From Nageia nagi (lineage: Eukaryota > Plantae > Pinophyta), in the NCBI GenBank assembly GCA_050084985.1, contig JBITNC010000001.1, positions 29,140,001 through 29,204,000 of the forward strand: 64,000 nt of DNA, given 5' to 3'. The position numbers were made by a program, and so were the translations under genes. Below, one piece after another: positions 28,025 through 39,483 of the stretch (the stretch's first letter is position 1; the number at the start of each line of letters is the position of its first letter). The notes under the pieces were generated by a model, which saw only the letters and a list, made by a program, of their open reading frames with translations, did no database searches and had not been told where the DNA came from.

Positions 28025-28190
28025 ACAGACGCTTTCTGGTGCTAGACGCTTTCTGGAGCTAGACGCTTTCTGGAGCTAGACGCTTTCTAGAGCTAGACGC
28101 TTTTTGGAGCTAGACGCTTTCTGGAGCTAGACGCTTTCTGGAGCTCGTCTGAAGTTTTCCTGGAGCTCGTCTGAGGTTAGACTGGAGTCC
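28025..28190. repeat. 17-bp tandem repeat (GACGCTTTCTGGAGCTA)n in the Copia B LTR, also at about 32930-33095
   Basis: About 7 near-perfect copies plus degenerate ones, present in both LTRs. Confidence 0.93.
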
Positions 28191-28389
28191 CTTTTTCTCA
28201 TCCTCTACTTAAGTTGGTTTGTAATTAAAGTATTTACAGCTCACATCCACTATAAACGTTACGTTGTCAGGTCAGTTACCAACTACTTCATCAGATTAAA
28301 CAATTTTAGCATATTCTTGTTGTAGCCACCAACTGCATAGCCTTCAATCATTACAGCCCATTAAACTGTGTAAAAGGAAGGAAAATGCC

Positions 28390-31353
28390 TTAGCCAGGTG
28401 ACATGGAGTGAAACGGATCTGATGTTGAGTTGTCTACATTCTCCCCCTTGATGCAAAGAGGACTCACCATGGAGTCTCTGAGCATCACATACTGAGCTTT
28501 GACAACACCTTTTGTGAAAATATCAGCCAAGTTGATCTTGGTGTTGCAATAGTGAAGCTCAATTTGGTTCTTCTCCACCATGTCACGAATGAAGTGGTAC
28601 TTGAGTTGGAAGTGCTTTGACCTGCTATGGTGGATGGGATTATGTGCCAACTGAATGGCACTTTGGTTGTCACAGTAAAGAATTGTTGGTCCATGTTGTT
28701 TCTCACCAATTTCATCAAGTAGTTTCCTTAGCCATAAGGCTTGTGCACTAGCTGCGGTGAGGGCTATATACTCAGCCTCACAAGAAGAGAGAGCAACTGT
28801 AGATTGCTTCTTAGAACTCCATGTTATCATTCCTGAACCAAGTGAGAAACATTGCCCAGAAGTGGACTTCCTATCATCCAAATTGCTGCCCCAATCACTG
28901 TCACTAAAACCAACAAGCTTAAACTTTTCAACATGAGAGTAGTGAAGACCATAACCAATGGTAACTTTGACATACCTCAAAATGCGTTTTACAGCCTTCA
29001 TATGCAAAATAGAAGGATCATTCATGTATCTAGATACCAAAGAGACAGCAAATTGTATATCAGGCCTAGTGTTGCAAAGGAACATAAGGCTACCAACAAT
29101 GCTTCTAAATTCTGTCACACTTGCTTTTGGAGCACCATCATCCTTACAAAGCAACTCACCATGAGCTACAGGATTGTGAACAACAGTACAATTCATCATA
29201 CCATACTTAGAAAGCATGTTCCTTGCATATTTGCTTTGACAAACAAAAATCTCTTCTTGACATTGGTGGACCTCCATGCCAAGAAAGTACCTCATAAGGC
29301 CCAAATCCTTCATTTCAAACTCATTCATCAAATCAGTCTTAAACTTGTTGTTCAAGATGGGATCACTTCCCATATATATCAAATCATCAACATAAAGAGA
29401 AACAAGCAAAATATGATTACCTTCTCTCTTGATGTAGAGTGTTGGCTCATTCTTGCTCCTCATGAGTCCAAAATTCTGAAAGTATCCATCTATGCGAGTG
29501 TACCAAGCTCTTGGAGCTTGCTTAAGACCATACAAGGCCTTCTTGAGCTTGTACACATGATGTTCTTTGCCTTGCACTTGAAAACCTTGAGGCTGTTGTA
29601 CAAAAACCTCTTCATCCAAGTAACCATTCAAGAATGCACTCTTCACATCCATGTGGTAGACACTCCAATGGTTTTGGGCAGCCATTGAAAGGAGCAACCT
29701 TACTGTTTCTTGCCTTGCAACCGGTGCAAAAGTCTCTTCAAAGTCTACACCATGTTTTTGTGTGAAGCCTTTAGCAACCAATCTTGCTTTGTGTCTCTCT
29801 ATGGTACCATCACTGTTGTACTTGGTCTTGTAGACCCACTTGGAGCCCACACACCTCTTTCCTTTGGGCAACTCACAAAGTTCCCAAGTGTCATTTTTGT
29901 TTATGGAGTGAAGCTCCTCTTGCATAGCCTTCACCCACACATTTTTGGTGCAAGCTTCCTCATAACAAGATGGATCAAAAATAGAAATATTAGTATTTGG
30001 GACTGCACACAAAGCATAGTTCACCATCTCACCCTTTGGATCATCATCAAGTTCCATATTGCTAAATTGCTTAACAAACTTCTCCATTTCATGAAATTGA
30101 CTTCTTGTTAATCTTTGATGGAAATTTTGATCTAAAACTCGAGAAGGAGGATGGTTTTGAAAGTGTCTTTTACCTCTCTTGGTCTTCATCACTTCTTGGA
30201 TCACATTTGGAGAGCCACCACTTGAAGGTGAGCTTGGAGTGGATTTTGAGCTTTGAGATGGACTTGATGGAGGACTTGGAGGCACCACTTGGAGGTTTGG
30301 AAGAGAATTTGATCTCTTGGGCTGCACATTCTTTGCTTGTGAAGTATCTTCATGGCTGGTCACTCCTCCTCCAATGTCTACAATGCATTTTTGCTGCTGT
30401 CCATACACTTTCCCCTCCTCAAAAATGACATCCCGGGAGACAAGCATTTTCTTGGTTTTGGGGTTGTAAAGCCTATATGCTTTACTCTCATCACTATATC
30501 CAATGAACACACATGGTTCACTCTTTGCATCCAACTTTTTTCTATGCTCCTTTGGCACATGAGCATATGCCAAACACCCAAAAACTCTGAAATGCCGGAC
30601 AGTAGGCTTCTTATCATACCAAGCCTCATAGGGGGTCTTGCCATCAACAGCACTGGTGGAACACCTATTCAAGATGTAGTTTGCTGTCTTTACTGCTTCA
30701 GCCCAATACATGTAATGCAATTTTTTGGATTGCATCAAACATCTTGCCATCTCCATGAGAGTTCTATTCTTCCTCTCTGCCACACCATTTTGTTGAGGAG
30801 TATAGGCTGTAGTAAACTGTCTTTTGATGCCATTTTGCTTGCAAAACTCAGAAAAATCAGTAGAAGAATACTCTCCTCCTCTATCACTCCTCACACATTT
30901 AATCTTATGTTCACATTCATTCTCAACCATCTCTTTGAATTCTTTAAAAAACTCAAATGCTTCATCTTTATGCTTCAAAAAATAGACCCAACTCATTCTA
31001 CTAAAATCATCAATGAAGGTGAGAAAATAAGAACTCATACCAAGACTTTTGTTTTGCATTGGTCCACATAAATCAGTATGAACCAACTGTAGTGGGAATG
31101 AGGCCCTCCATGCTTTCCCATGATCAAATTTCTGCCTTGTTTGCTTGCCCAACACACAACCTTCACAAACTAATTTTGGATTTTCAACAAGAGGTAAACC
31201 ATGAACTAGCTTATGAGATAGTTTCAAACTACTGAAATTTACATGTCCAAATCTAAGATGCCATAACCAAGACTCATCTTTAACAGCCACATTTGCAAGA
31301 ATGTTATCCCCCTTTTTTCCAAGTTTCAATGGGAATAAACGATTTGGAGACAT
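28390..31353 (-). CDS. pol: Copia Pol (GAG-pre-integrase, integrase, RT, RNase H), 987 aa
   Basis: WHLRFGH...CEGC, RSDRGGEY, QQNGVAERKNR, MDVKSAFLNG, LYVDDL, SDSDW, CDNQSA, ADIFTK; no internal stop. Confidence 0.95.
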   Translation of the reverse strand: MSPNRLFPLKLGKKGDNILANVAVKDESWLWHLRFGHVNFSSLKLSHKLVHGLPLVENPKLVCEGCVLGKQTRQKFDHGKAWRASFPLQLVHTDLCGPMQNKSLGMSSYFLTFIDDFSRMSWVYFLKHKDEAFEFFKEFKEMVENECEHKIKCVRSDRGGEYSSTDFSEFCKQNGIKRQFTTAYTPQQNGVAERKNRTLMEMARCLMQSKKLHYMYWAEAVKTANYILNRCSTSAVDGKTPYEAWYDKKPTVRHFRVFGCLAYAHVPKEHRKKLDAKSEPCVFIGYSDESKAYRLYNPKTKKMLVSRDVIFEEGKVYGQQQKCIVDIGGGVTSHEDTSQAKNVQPKRSNSLPNLQVVPPSPPSSPSQSSKSTPSSPSSGGSPNVIQEVMKTKRGKRHFQNHPPSRVLDQNFHQRLTRSQFHEMEKFVKQFSNMELDDDPKGEMVNYALCAVPNTNISIFDPSCYEEACTKNVWVKAMQEELHSINKNDTWELCELPKGKRCVGSKWVYKTKYNSDGTIERHKARLVAKGFTQKHGVDFEETFAPVARQETVRLLLSMAAQNHWSVYHMDVKSAFLNGYLDEEVFVQQPQGFQVQGKEHHVYKLKKALYGLKQAPRAWYTRIDGYFQNFGLMRSKNEPTLYIKREGNHILLVSLYVDDLIYMGSDPILNNKFKTDLMNEFEMKDLGLMRYFLGMEVHQCQEEIFVCQSKYARNMLSKYGMMNCTVVHNPVAHGELLCKDDGAPKASVTEFRSIVGSLMFLCNTRPDIQFAVSLVSRYMNDPSILHMKAVKRILRYVKVTIGYGLHYSHVEKFKLVGFSDSDWGSNLDDRKSTSGQCFSLGSGMITWSSKKQSTVALSSCEAEYIALTAASAQALWLRKLLDEIGEKQHGPTILYCDNQSAIQLAHNPIHHSRSKHFQLKYHFIRDMVEKNQIELHYCNTKINLADIFTKGVVKAQYVMLRDSMVSPLCIKGENVDNSTSDPFHSMSPG

Positions 31354-31367
31354 TTTAACAGTAGTAA

Positions 31368-31607
31368 CTAACTTATGCCCATGGTTCTTATAAAAATTTC
31401 ACACTTACCCTCATCAAAGACTAGCTTGTAGTTATTTTCCAACATTTGCCCAATACTCAACAAACTATGAGCCATATCCGGAGTGTGATACACATTGTGC
31501 ATCTTCTTCATCCCATGCTTGGTAGGCACCTCAAGCATGCCTTTGCCAGCCACCTCAATTGCAGAATTATTGCCAAGCTTGATACTTGACTTGTAGGAAT
31601 GGTCCAT
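31368..31607 (-). CDS. Copia protease C-terminal segment, between two -1 frame breaks
   Basis: IKLGNNSAIEVAGKG...VYHTPDMAHSLLSIGQM matches the Copia protease-following segment. Confidence 0.85.
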   Translation of the reverse strand: MDHSYKSSIKLGNNSAIEVAGKGMLEVPTKHGMKKMHNVYHTPDMAHSLLSIGQMLENNYKLVFDEGKCEIFIRTMGIS

Positions 31608-32710
31608 GGATGAAAGTAGCTCCCCTTACCGGTCATATGGTTTGAACATCCAGAGTCCAACAACCAAGTCTCCTCTTGTTTTGCTTCAGCCATATTGGCT
31701 GTCTCCTCCATGGAAAGAAAGAGAGTTTCACCATACTCTTCTTCCTCTCCAAAATTTGCCACTTTTCCATCACCATTTGCCGCTTGTTTTGCTCTACACT
31801 CCCTCTCATAATGCCCATACTTGTTGCAGTAGTAACATTGAGCATTCCTCTTGTCACCATTGCTTCTACCTCTTCCTCTTGTGCTGGAAGAGCCTCCTCT
31901 TCCTCTACCTCTACCTCTCCCTCTTTGCTGGTCTCTACCTCTGCCTCTACCTTGTCCATTTGAGCTAGAATCACCTCTACCTTGTCCATTTGAGCTAGAA
32001 TCACCTCTACCTTGTCCATTTGAGCTAGAATCACCTTCTTTTGCAGCAAAGGCTTTCTCCTCTTTACTAGATTGGACTGGTTCATCATCAACCATTTCTT
32101 CATGAGACATAAGGCAGCCAATGAGAGAATCTATCTCCATTTGAGAGAGGTCTTTTGTCTCCATCAATATCACAGCAATGTGATGCCACTTCTTGGTAAG
32201 AGATCTCAGAATTTTTTTGATTACAATGGCCTTCTCCAAGGTCTCTCCAAGAGTTAGCATTTTGTTCACAATCTCTTTCACTCTAACATAATAATCTGAA
32301 GCTTTTTCACTCTCCTTCATTTTTAAATTCTCAAATTTTGTCCTTAGAATCTGCAATTTTACCTCCTTCACTTGATCACTCCCTAGGAATCCTGCCTTCA
32401 ACACAGCCCAAGCCTCTTTGGCTGTCTTGCAGCCTGCAATTCTTGGAAAAATGCTCCTATTAAGAGCTGCTTGGAGATGAGACAAGGCAAGAGAGTTCTT
32501 GCTCCTACATTCCTTCATAGCTTTCTTATCTTCTGCAGAAAGACAGCTCCAATCTGCTGGCTCTACATAGCCATCATCAACAACATCCCACAAATCTTTG
32601 CCAGTGAGCAAAGTTTGTATCTTGATGCTCCAATATCCATAGTCACTGCCATCAAACTCTGGAATGGGAATGGATGAGCTTGTGTTGCTGGCCATTATAC
32701 CTGCAAACAA
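31508..32710 (-). CDS. gag: Copia Gag plus protease start
   Basis: PEFDGSDYGYWSIK, UBN2-type core, CYYCNKYGHYEREC zinc knuckle, WLLDSGCSNHM; three perfect 30-nt repeats encoding GDSSSNGQGR. The true frame breaks at about 31624. Confidence 0.93.
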   Translation of the reverse strand: MFAGIMASNTSSSIPIPEFDGSDYGYWSIKIQTLLTGKDLWDVVDDGYVEPADWSCLSAEDKKAMKECRSKNSLALSHLQAALNRSIFPRIAGCKTAKEAWAVLKAGFLGSDQVKEVKLQILRTKFENLKMKESEKASDYYVRVKEIVNKMLTLGETLEKAIVIKKILRSLTKKWHHIAVILMETKDLSQMEIDSLIGCLMSHEEMVDDEPVQSSKEEKAFAAKEGDSSSNGQGRGDSSSNGQGRGDSSSNGQGRGRGRDQQRGRGRGRGRGGSSSTRGRGRSNGDKRNAQCYYCNKYGHYERECRAKQAANGDGKVANFGEEEEYGETLFLSMEETANMAEAKQEETWLLDSGCSNHMTGKGSYFHPWTIPTSQVSSLAIILQLRWLAKACLRCLPSMG

Positions 32711-33365
32711 GAAACTAAAACACTACAAGCAACTTTTGCAATTGCTAGAAGCCACAAGCTTTCTCAAACCCAGCTCAGACCCAACAATGCTCTGATACCA
32801 AATGAAGAAAAAGGACCATTACAGAATATTGAAACATCAGATAACAGATTGCATTACTATGGAGCAAGATTACAATCCTTTGAGCTTCATAACATTTCAA
32901 AAACCTTTAAACAGTTTCTGGAGCCAAACTACAGACGCTTTCTGGTGCTAGATGCTTTCTGGAGCTAGACGCTTTCTGGAGCTAGACGCTTTCTGGAGCT
33001 AGACGCTTTTTGGAGCTAGACGCTTTCTGGAGCTAGACGCTTTCTGGAGCTCGTCTGAAGTTTTTCTAGAGCTCGTCTGAAGTTAGACTGGAGTCCCTTT
33101 TTCTCATGCTCTACTTAAGTTGGTTTGTAATTAAAGTATTTACAGCTCACATCCACTATAAACGTTACGTTGTCAAGTCAGTTACCAACTACTTCATCAG
33201 ATTAAACAGTTTTAGCATATTCTTGCTGTAGCCACCAACTGCATAGCCTTCAATCATTACAGCCCATTAAACTGTGTAAAAGGAAGGAAAATGCCTTAGC
33301 CAGGTGACATGGAGTGAAACGGATCTGATGCTGAGTTGTCTACAATAAAGAGGTAGGTGCCAATA

Positions 33366-34168
33366 TGTTGAATGTTTTTAGTCGTCCCTAATATTAACCT
33401 AGATGGGAACTAAGATAACATTAACATTAATGATAACGAATTTATTTATAATGAAATAACAATAAATAATAACAATCTAAAGTACTTCAACAGATATGCC
33501 AGTATGTAAACTAAAGACTTATATTATTGGATCAAATCTATAATTAACCAACCATATTGAGAAAGAGATCTAGAAAGATAAATACATATCACCTTACCTT
33601 TGATGATCAAAGTGATATGTAGATCATAACTTATTGATAATGTAGATCTCAAGATTGTGAACCTTTCAGACAAAGAAGATAAAATGACTTGCATCTATGC
33701 TTGCATTCATGCCCATGCTAGGGATGGCATCTATGCTCAAGTCAATGTTTGTGCCAGGATCTCTACAACTTAGTATTTGCAATCAAGATCCAACAACAGT
33801 ATAATGATCGATTGCCTAATCTAGCATATAATAGTGATATAGTTGAACAACAGAGCTTGTGTAATATCAAATCTCAATCTCAATAGGTAGTATTGAAAAA
33901 CACCTAAAATTTGTAGTTGAGTGTGACTATCAAGGTAAAGATCTGATAGCCTCCTTATGTAGATCAATTCTCCATTTATAGGTAAGCAAACTCCAACAAT
34001 ACATGTCCAAAGGCTATCATTGACGTTGGGATACCTTAACACAAAAAGAGAGAAAAGATACATGAGAAGATGTTCATAACAGCCCATTATAAGATATAAC
34101 ATGTTATGATCCAATATAAACCACACTTAATAAGTACACCTGAGGGTGGAAAAAATTAAGTGTCAACA
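33366..34168 (-). repeat. Candidate 5' LTR of element 2
   Basis: TGTTGA...TCAACA inverted termini; adjacent minus-strand TATTGGCACCTAC is PBS-like. No partner LTR recognised in the window. Confidence 0.45.
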
Positions 34169-35676
34169 CCAACCTACAAATGGTTGCCTACAAAGGATGA
34201 TATATCTTTCCATAGATCATTGAAAATAATAGTATGTATGAGTTTTCTTCATGATTCTAGCCAAGTCTCCTTACCCAACAAAAATAACACTAACGATGGA
34301 CACTAGTGAGTGTATGATGTCAAGATTTAAAAGCATTAACTTTTTTATCAATTTGAAATTTTGGCCTTCAAAAAATCTTTTGAATTTGTCCACTAAGTAT
34401 GCCTTCAATTTTAATATTGCCCTACAAAAAATGTGATGAATTGCCTTGTTTTGAATTTGTTAAAAAAAAAGCTTCAATAGTTAGGAACTTTTTTTAGGAT
34501 TATAAAGGAGTTTCTTAGCAAAAAATCAACTTTGACAAGAGAAAATTATTCTTTACCTTTACCCCATTGACTAGATAAAATAAAATTATGAAATATTTTT
34601 AATGTAAAATTGCATCCCTTTGTAGCATTTATCTTGGAATGTCATTATTTTTTGGCCCATCTAAAGAATCACTCTAGTTGCATGTAGTGAAAATAGTTCA
34701 AAAGAAACTCACTAGTTGGAAAGGGACGATCTTGAGTTTGGCTGAAAAATATCTTCTAGTTAAAACTGTTTTGCAAAGTATCTCTATTTATTGTGCATCA
34801 AAATTTGATATTCCTCTAGGATTATATATTAAAATTGATCATATTTGCAACAAATTCCTATGGATTGGAATGAAAGAAAAGAAAAGATTAGAATTGGTAA
34901 GTTGGGGAAAAGTCTGTAAGCCAAAAAAAGAGGGAGGTATCAACTTGAGAAACATCAAACAATTTAACATGGCACTTAAAAGGTAAAGGAGACTAAGTTA
35001 TAAACAGGATAGAAAATTGGATCAATATTTGCTAGGAAAAATATTCGGAACCTGGCACTAATTTCCTTAAAGCAGCTCAACCCCCTAGATGATCAACATT
35101 TTGCAATGGATTTTTAAAGGTTAGGCTAGCTCTATGGAATATTATCTCTTGAAAACTAGGAAATGGAAGACAAATTCACTTTTGAGATGATGAATGGATT
35201 GGTAATTCTCCTTTGTATTAAGAAGTTGTTAGATGGGATTAAAATTCCAAAAGGCTTACTGTTCAATGTTATATGAGTCTTTAGAATGAGAGGAGTGTGT
35301 GGAAAAGTTTGTAGCATTCAAATCAAAAACTTCAAGTGTTTACAGATAAAATTAATGAAACAATACGGTTAACTCTCATTGGTGAGGATGAGGTCGTCAA
35401 GGACTAACATGTCTAGAAATTGTGCAAGAATGTAAATTACGCAATTAAATATGGGTATGACTCTTTGAATACCTCAAACTCGATAGTCTTCCCTCATAAG
35501 AAGATTTAGATCAAAGGGGTAACACCAAAAGTGTGTTACTTCCTATGGTTATCCTATTGTTGGCTTTCAAGAATCGTGTCCTAAGCTTGGATAACCTTTG
35601 AAAAAAAGGAATGATATTGCCCAATTGATACTCTTTCTTCTTGGTGAATGAAGAGATAATTGATCATATTTGTTTT

Positions 35677-38467
35677 TGAAATAGGCAATTGGTGGTACTC
35701 TTTTAGGGGAATTCTTTGATCAAATTTGAATTGTAATTGCAAAATATTAAAAGGAATTTACTAACAACATCAAAAGTCAATCACACAAAGCTGACATAGC
35801 CATATTTATATTGGTTCATTGCAATGGGGAAGTACATCCAGTTTTAACATCTCTAATTTTTTATTGATCAATGATTCAAGAAATTACTACCACAATAGAC
35901 TAAGTGCTATGGCATCCTTTGGAAATTCTTACACATTCCAGGTACAATGGATTTTACAACCTCTCTCTTGATCAATTATCCAATACTTCTTAAGCCTCCC
36001 TCTAAGTGACTCAAGAATATCAATTTTAATTCTCAAGTTCAAACTTGACTCAAGAACCTTAAAGTGGCTTCACCAATGGCTATGTATCAAACCTCCCTTT
36101 AAGAGCTCAAGATTCTTCAACCATCTTACCAACAATATTCACTGCCTCCAAGAGTATAATGAACAAAAATGTACATATGGAGTTTCTTCTCATATGCAAT
36201 ACAAATATGTACTTGAAACATATATTATATCTCCCACTAATACAACATACTCTCACACAACACAATTGCCACATTACACTATATGATCTATCCAATACAT
36301 GATAAAGATAGCATAGAATGACTATGATATTCTTCACCCTACACTACACATCTTACAAATGAAAAGAAACAAGCTCCCATGAAGATTTATCCATCTTGGT
36401 TTGATTCCCATCCAATTTTATAGTAATAGTAGTCTCTCATGATAGGTCTGCAACCATGGTAATATCCTGACCACTTCTTGTGGCTTACTTTATCTTTTCC
36501 ATCTTTCCAACCTCTTTGTTGTCTTCTTCTTCTCCTTTTCAAGTCTCTCAAAGGGTGAATGGATGTAATTGATGTATCTTTGAATGCCCATGGTGTTTCA
36601 ACTCCCCAAATGAATCCAACCTCTTATGTTTCCTTAGGAAAGGTCTCGAGAATAAGGTCGTCGATGCTCCTCTTTCTATAGATTCTGTTCACCAAAGTTT
36701 TGGGAATATGGTTAATTCCTCGCATGGTAGATGTGGATGATGCCCATATTTACTTTTGATAATTTATCTTCTGAAATAAATTTCAATTTCGGATCACACC
36801 TTCCAAATCCAAAGACTTTCTATTCCCAAAAAAAAAAATAGGCGAAATTTTAAGGAGTTAACATCCCCATCAAACTTGTATCTTCAACAAGACCATTCAT
36901 GACAAGCTCATCAAACCAACCAATAGTCCATAGACCTCCTTAACCTACCCATACAAGCTAAGAAGAATCCATATATGTCCTTTGACTAGTTCATTAAGCC
37001 CACCTATTTATTCACTCTTCTCCTTATATTAACAGAACTTCATTACTTCCAAGAGTCTGCCAATTGAAAACTAATGCATAGAAATCTTAGAAATGGATGC
37101 CAATACCCAACATGCATAACTTCAAACTTACTTTGATACCATGTGATTTGTAAACTTCCATAAGCCTTGTTATTCAAGAAGTCATTAAATATAGATTTTT
37201 CCATTTAAATTTGAAAATTTATTTTTGCAAGAAAAGGTTTGATATCAGTCCAAAAGTTGTATAAATGGGACATTGGCGGTCCTCTATCTAGGGTATTATC
37301 CAACCAGATTTGAAGTGCAATTGCATAATACTAAAAGGAATTTACTAACAACATCGAAAGTCAATCACACAAAGTTGACACAATCATATTATATTGGTTC
37401 CTTCCAATGTGGAAGTACATCAAGTTTTAACAACTTTGATTTTGTTATTGATCAATGATTCAAGAAGCTACAACCACAACAATTGAGTGTTATGTCATCC
37501 TTTGGACATTCTTACAAATTTCAGCTCCGATGGCTTTTGCAACCTCTCTTTTGATCAATTCTTCAAGCCTCCCTCTAATTGACTCAAGAATATCAATTTT
37601 CGTTTTCTCAAGTTCAAACTTGACTTAAAAACCTCCAAGTGGCGTCTTCAATGTCTATGTCTCAAACCTCCCTCTAAGAGCTCGAGATTCTCCAACCATC
37701 TCACTTACAATATTCACTACCTCCCTATAAGAATATAATGAACAAAAATGTACATATGGAATTTCTTCTCATATGCAATACAAATATGTACTAGAAACAT
37801 GTATTATATCTCCCACTAATGCAACCTACTCTCACACAATGTAATTACCACATTACACTATATGATTTATCCAATATATGATAAAGAATAGCAATACAAA
37901 TATGTACTAGAAACATATGTTATATCTCCCACTAATACAACATACTCTCACACAATGCAATTACCACATTACACTATATGATCTATCCAGTATATGATAA
38001 AGAATAGCATAGAATAACTATGATATTGTTCACCCTACACTACACATTTTGGAGATGAAAAGAAAGAAGCTCCCATGAAGCTTTGTTCATCTTGGTCTAA
38101 TTCCCAACCAATTTGATAGTAACAATAGTCTCTTATGACCACTTCTTGTGGCTCACTCTCTCTCTTCCATCTTTTCAACTTCTTTGTTTTCTTCTACTAC
38201 TTATCGCTTTCAAGTCTTTTGAAGGGTGAATGGATGTAATTGACATCTCTTTGATTACACATGGCATTTCATCTCTCCAAATAACTCCAACCTATTCAAT
38301 TTCCTTGAGAAAGGTGTTAGGAATAGGACCATTGGAGTTCCTCTTTCTGTAGAGTTTGATCACCAAATGTTTGGGAATATGCTTAATTCCTTGAATGGTA
38401 GATGTTGGTGATGCCCATATCAAATATTGATAATTTATCTTCCAAAATAGATTTTAATTTCGGATCA
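35677..38467 (-). mobile_element. Short non-coding LTR element (TRIM/LARD-like or internally deleted) nested in the L1
   Basis: About 1.1-kb direct repeats (about 35680-36798 and 37142/37260-38467). Minus-strand PBS TGGTATCAAAG at 37131-37141 abuts TGTGAT; only about 330 bp of internal sequence. Confidence 0.7.
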
Positions 38468-39373
38468 ATTTCACATTTTCTTTTGCTAAAGATGTTTGGA
38501 AAGGTATCCTGGTTGATAAAGTATGGGATATTGGGACATCTATTTTGGAGGCCATAGCTAATTACCTCCCTTTGAGGTGGGCTCTAGGACATTATAATGG
38601 AAATTTGCACTCCCCCATGCCTATGGGGAAATATGGAAGGAGAGGAACCAAAGAATATTCAAGGGAAAAATTATGAGGCCATAAAATTTAACTAAGAATA
38701 TACTTTAGATGGTGGATGAAAACTAGGGTCTAGCTATTAAAAAAAATTGATAAAAACCAAATTGGAAAGGTAAAATGGGTAACTATTGATTCACGTGGGC
38801 TTAACTTGGGAAAGTATTCTTGCATGGGGGCGCACATGTAAGATGCCTCTTCAAGAAAGTATCGTAGCTAACCAATGGATAGAAGAAGTAACCACCCTTG
38901 ATCAAAGGCACAAATAGACAAATTAGATTGTTCAAAAAAGGTGGTGCATGCATATATTGTTTATAATAAGTATTGTATTTTCTCTACATATTTTTCCTTG
39001 CATAATTCTATGCAAAATAATGGGCCAAAAACATCTTGAACTAGAAAATGGGGATATCTTCAAGGAAGATAAGATTGTGTGGAAAACTTTATGCGGAGGA
39101 GGCATCAAGGATTCATTGATGCTTTGTAGAGCTCCAATGAAAGTTGTCTCAACAAGTTGCAAACTTTTGGGATGGAGGGTGATCATAGATGGTACCCACT
39201 TTGTGATGAACATAGAGCTAATTGAAACTGCTATAAGAATGATAAATATGAGTTAGAAGCACTCAAGAGAAATGAGAGAAACCAAAGAAGATATGAGGAA
39301 TTATTGGATCCTAAAGAGGAAATATCGACAAAAAGAACATCTTTATATAAAATGAAGATTTTTACCTATCAAT

Positions 39374-39483
39374 GGGATGAATTCGCTAAAGCAATCATCA
39401 AATTGATTACTCTGGAAGGGAGATATATATGTATCTCCCTTCCAGAGTAATCAATTTGATGATTGCTTTAACAACTTCATCCC
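39374..39483. repeat. Near-perfect palindrome (42-bp arms 39387-39470, one mismatch)
   Basis: TAAAGCAATCATCAAATTGATTACTCTGGAAGGGAGATA-TATATG-TATCTCCCTTCCAGAGTAATCAATTTGATGATTGCTTTA, extended by GGGATGAA...TTCATCCC. Confidence 0.95.

Larger units (their letters stand above)
27897..33344 (-). mobile_element. Young, nearly intact Ty1/Copia LTR retrotransposon (Copia B)
   Basis: 542-bp LTRs 27897-28438 and 32803-33344 with about 11 substitutions by eye. TSD ATAAA at 27892-27896 and 33345-33349. PBS TGGTATCAGAGC (tRNA-iMet) at 32789-32800; PPT AAGGGGGAGAA at 28439-28449. Confidence 0.98.
17048..34168 (-). mobile_element. Second pol-less Tat/Ogre-like gag + antisense PMD element (element 2), hosting two Copia insertions; 3' end not found
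   Basis: Minus-strand gag 25100-26227 converges on the plus-strand PMD gene with only about 1 kb of non-coding DNA between. Upstream acidic ORF remnants 26200-27830; candidate 5' LTR 33366-34168. Confidence 0.7.

Noticed and set aside
28025-28190. CRISPR-like array of short repeats
   Set aside because: The repeats are head-to-tail with no unique spacers, sit in both LTRs of a Copia, and no cas genes are present.
28852-31071. Long plus-strand ORFs (278, 239, 133 aa)
   Set aside because: Antisense shadows of Copia pol with no recognisable domain.
31354-31630. Programmed ribosomal frameshifting in Copia B
   Set aside because: Plant Copia gag-pol is normally one frame; both shifts fall within the protease region and lack a canonical slippery heptamer, so mutation or sequencing error is more likely.
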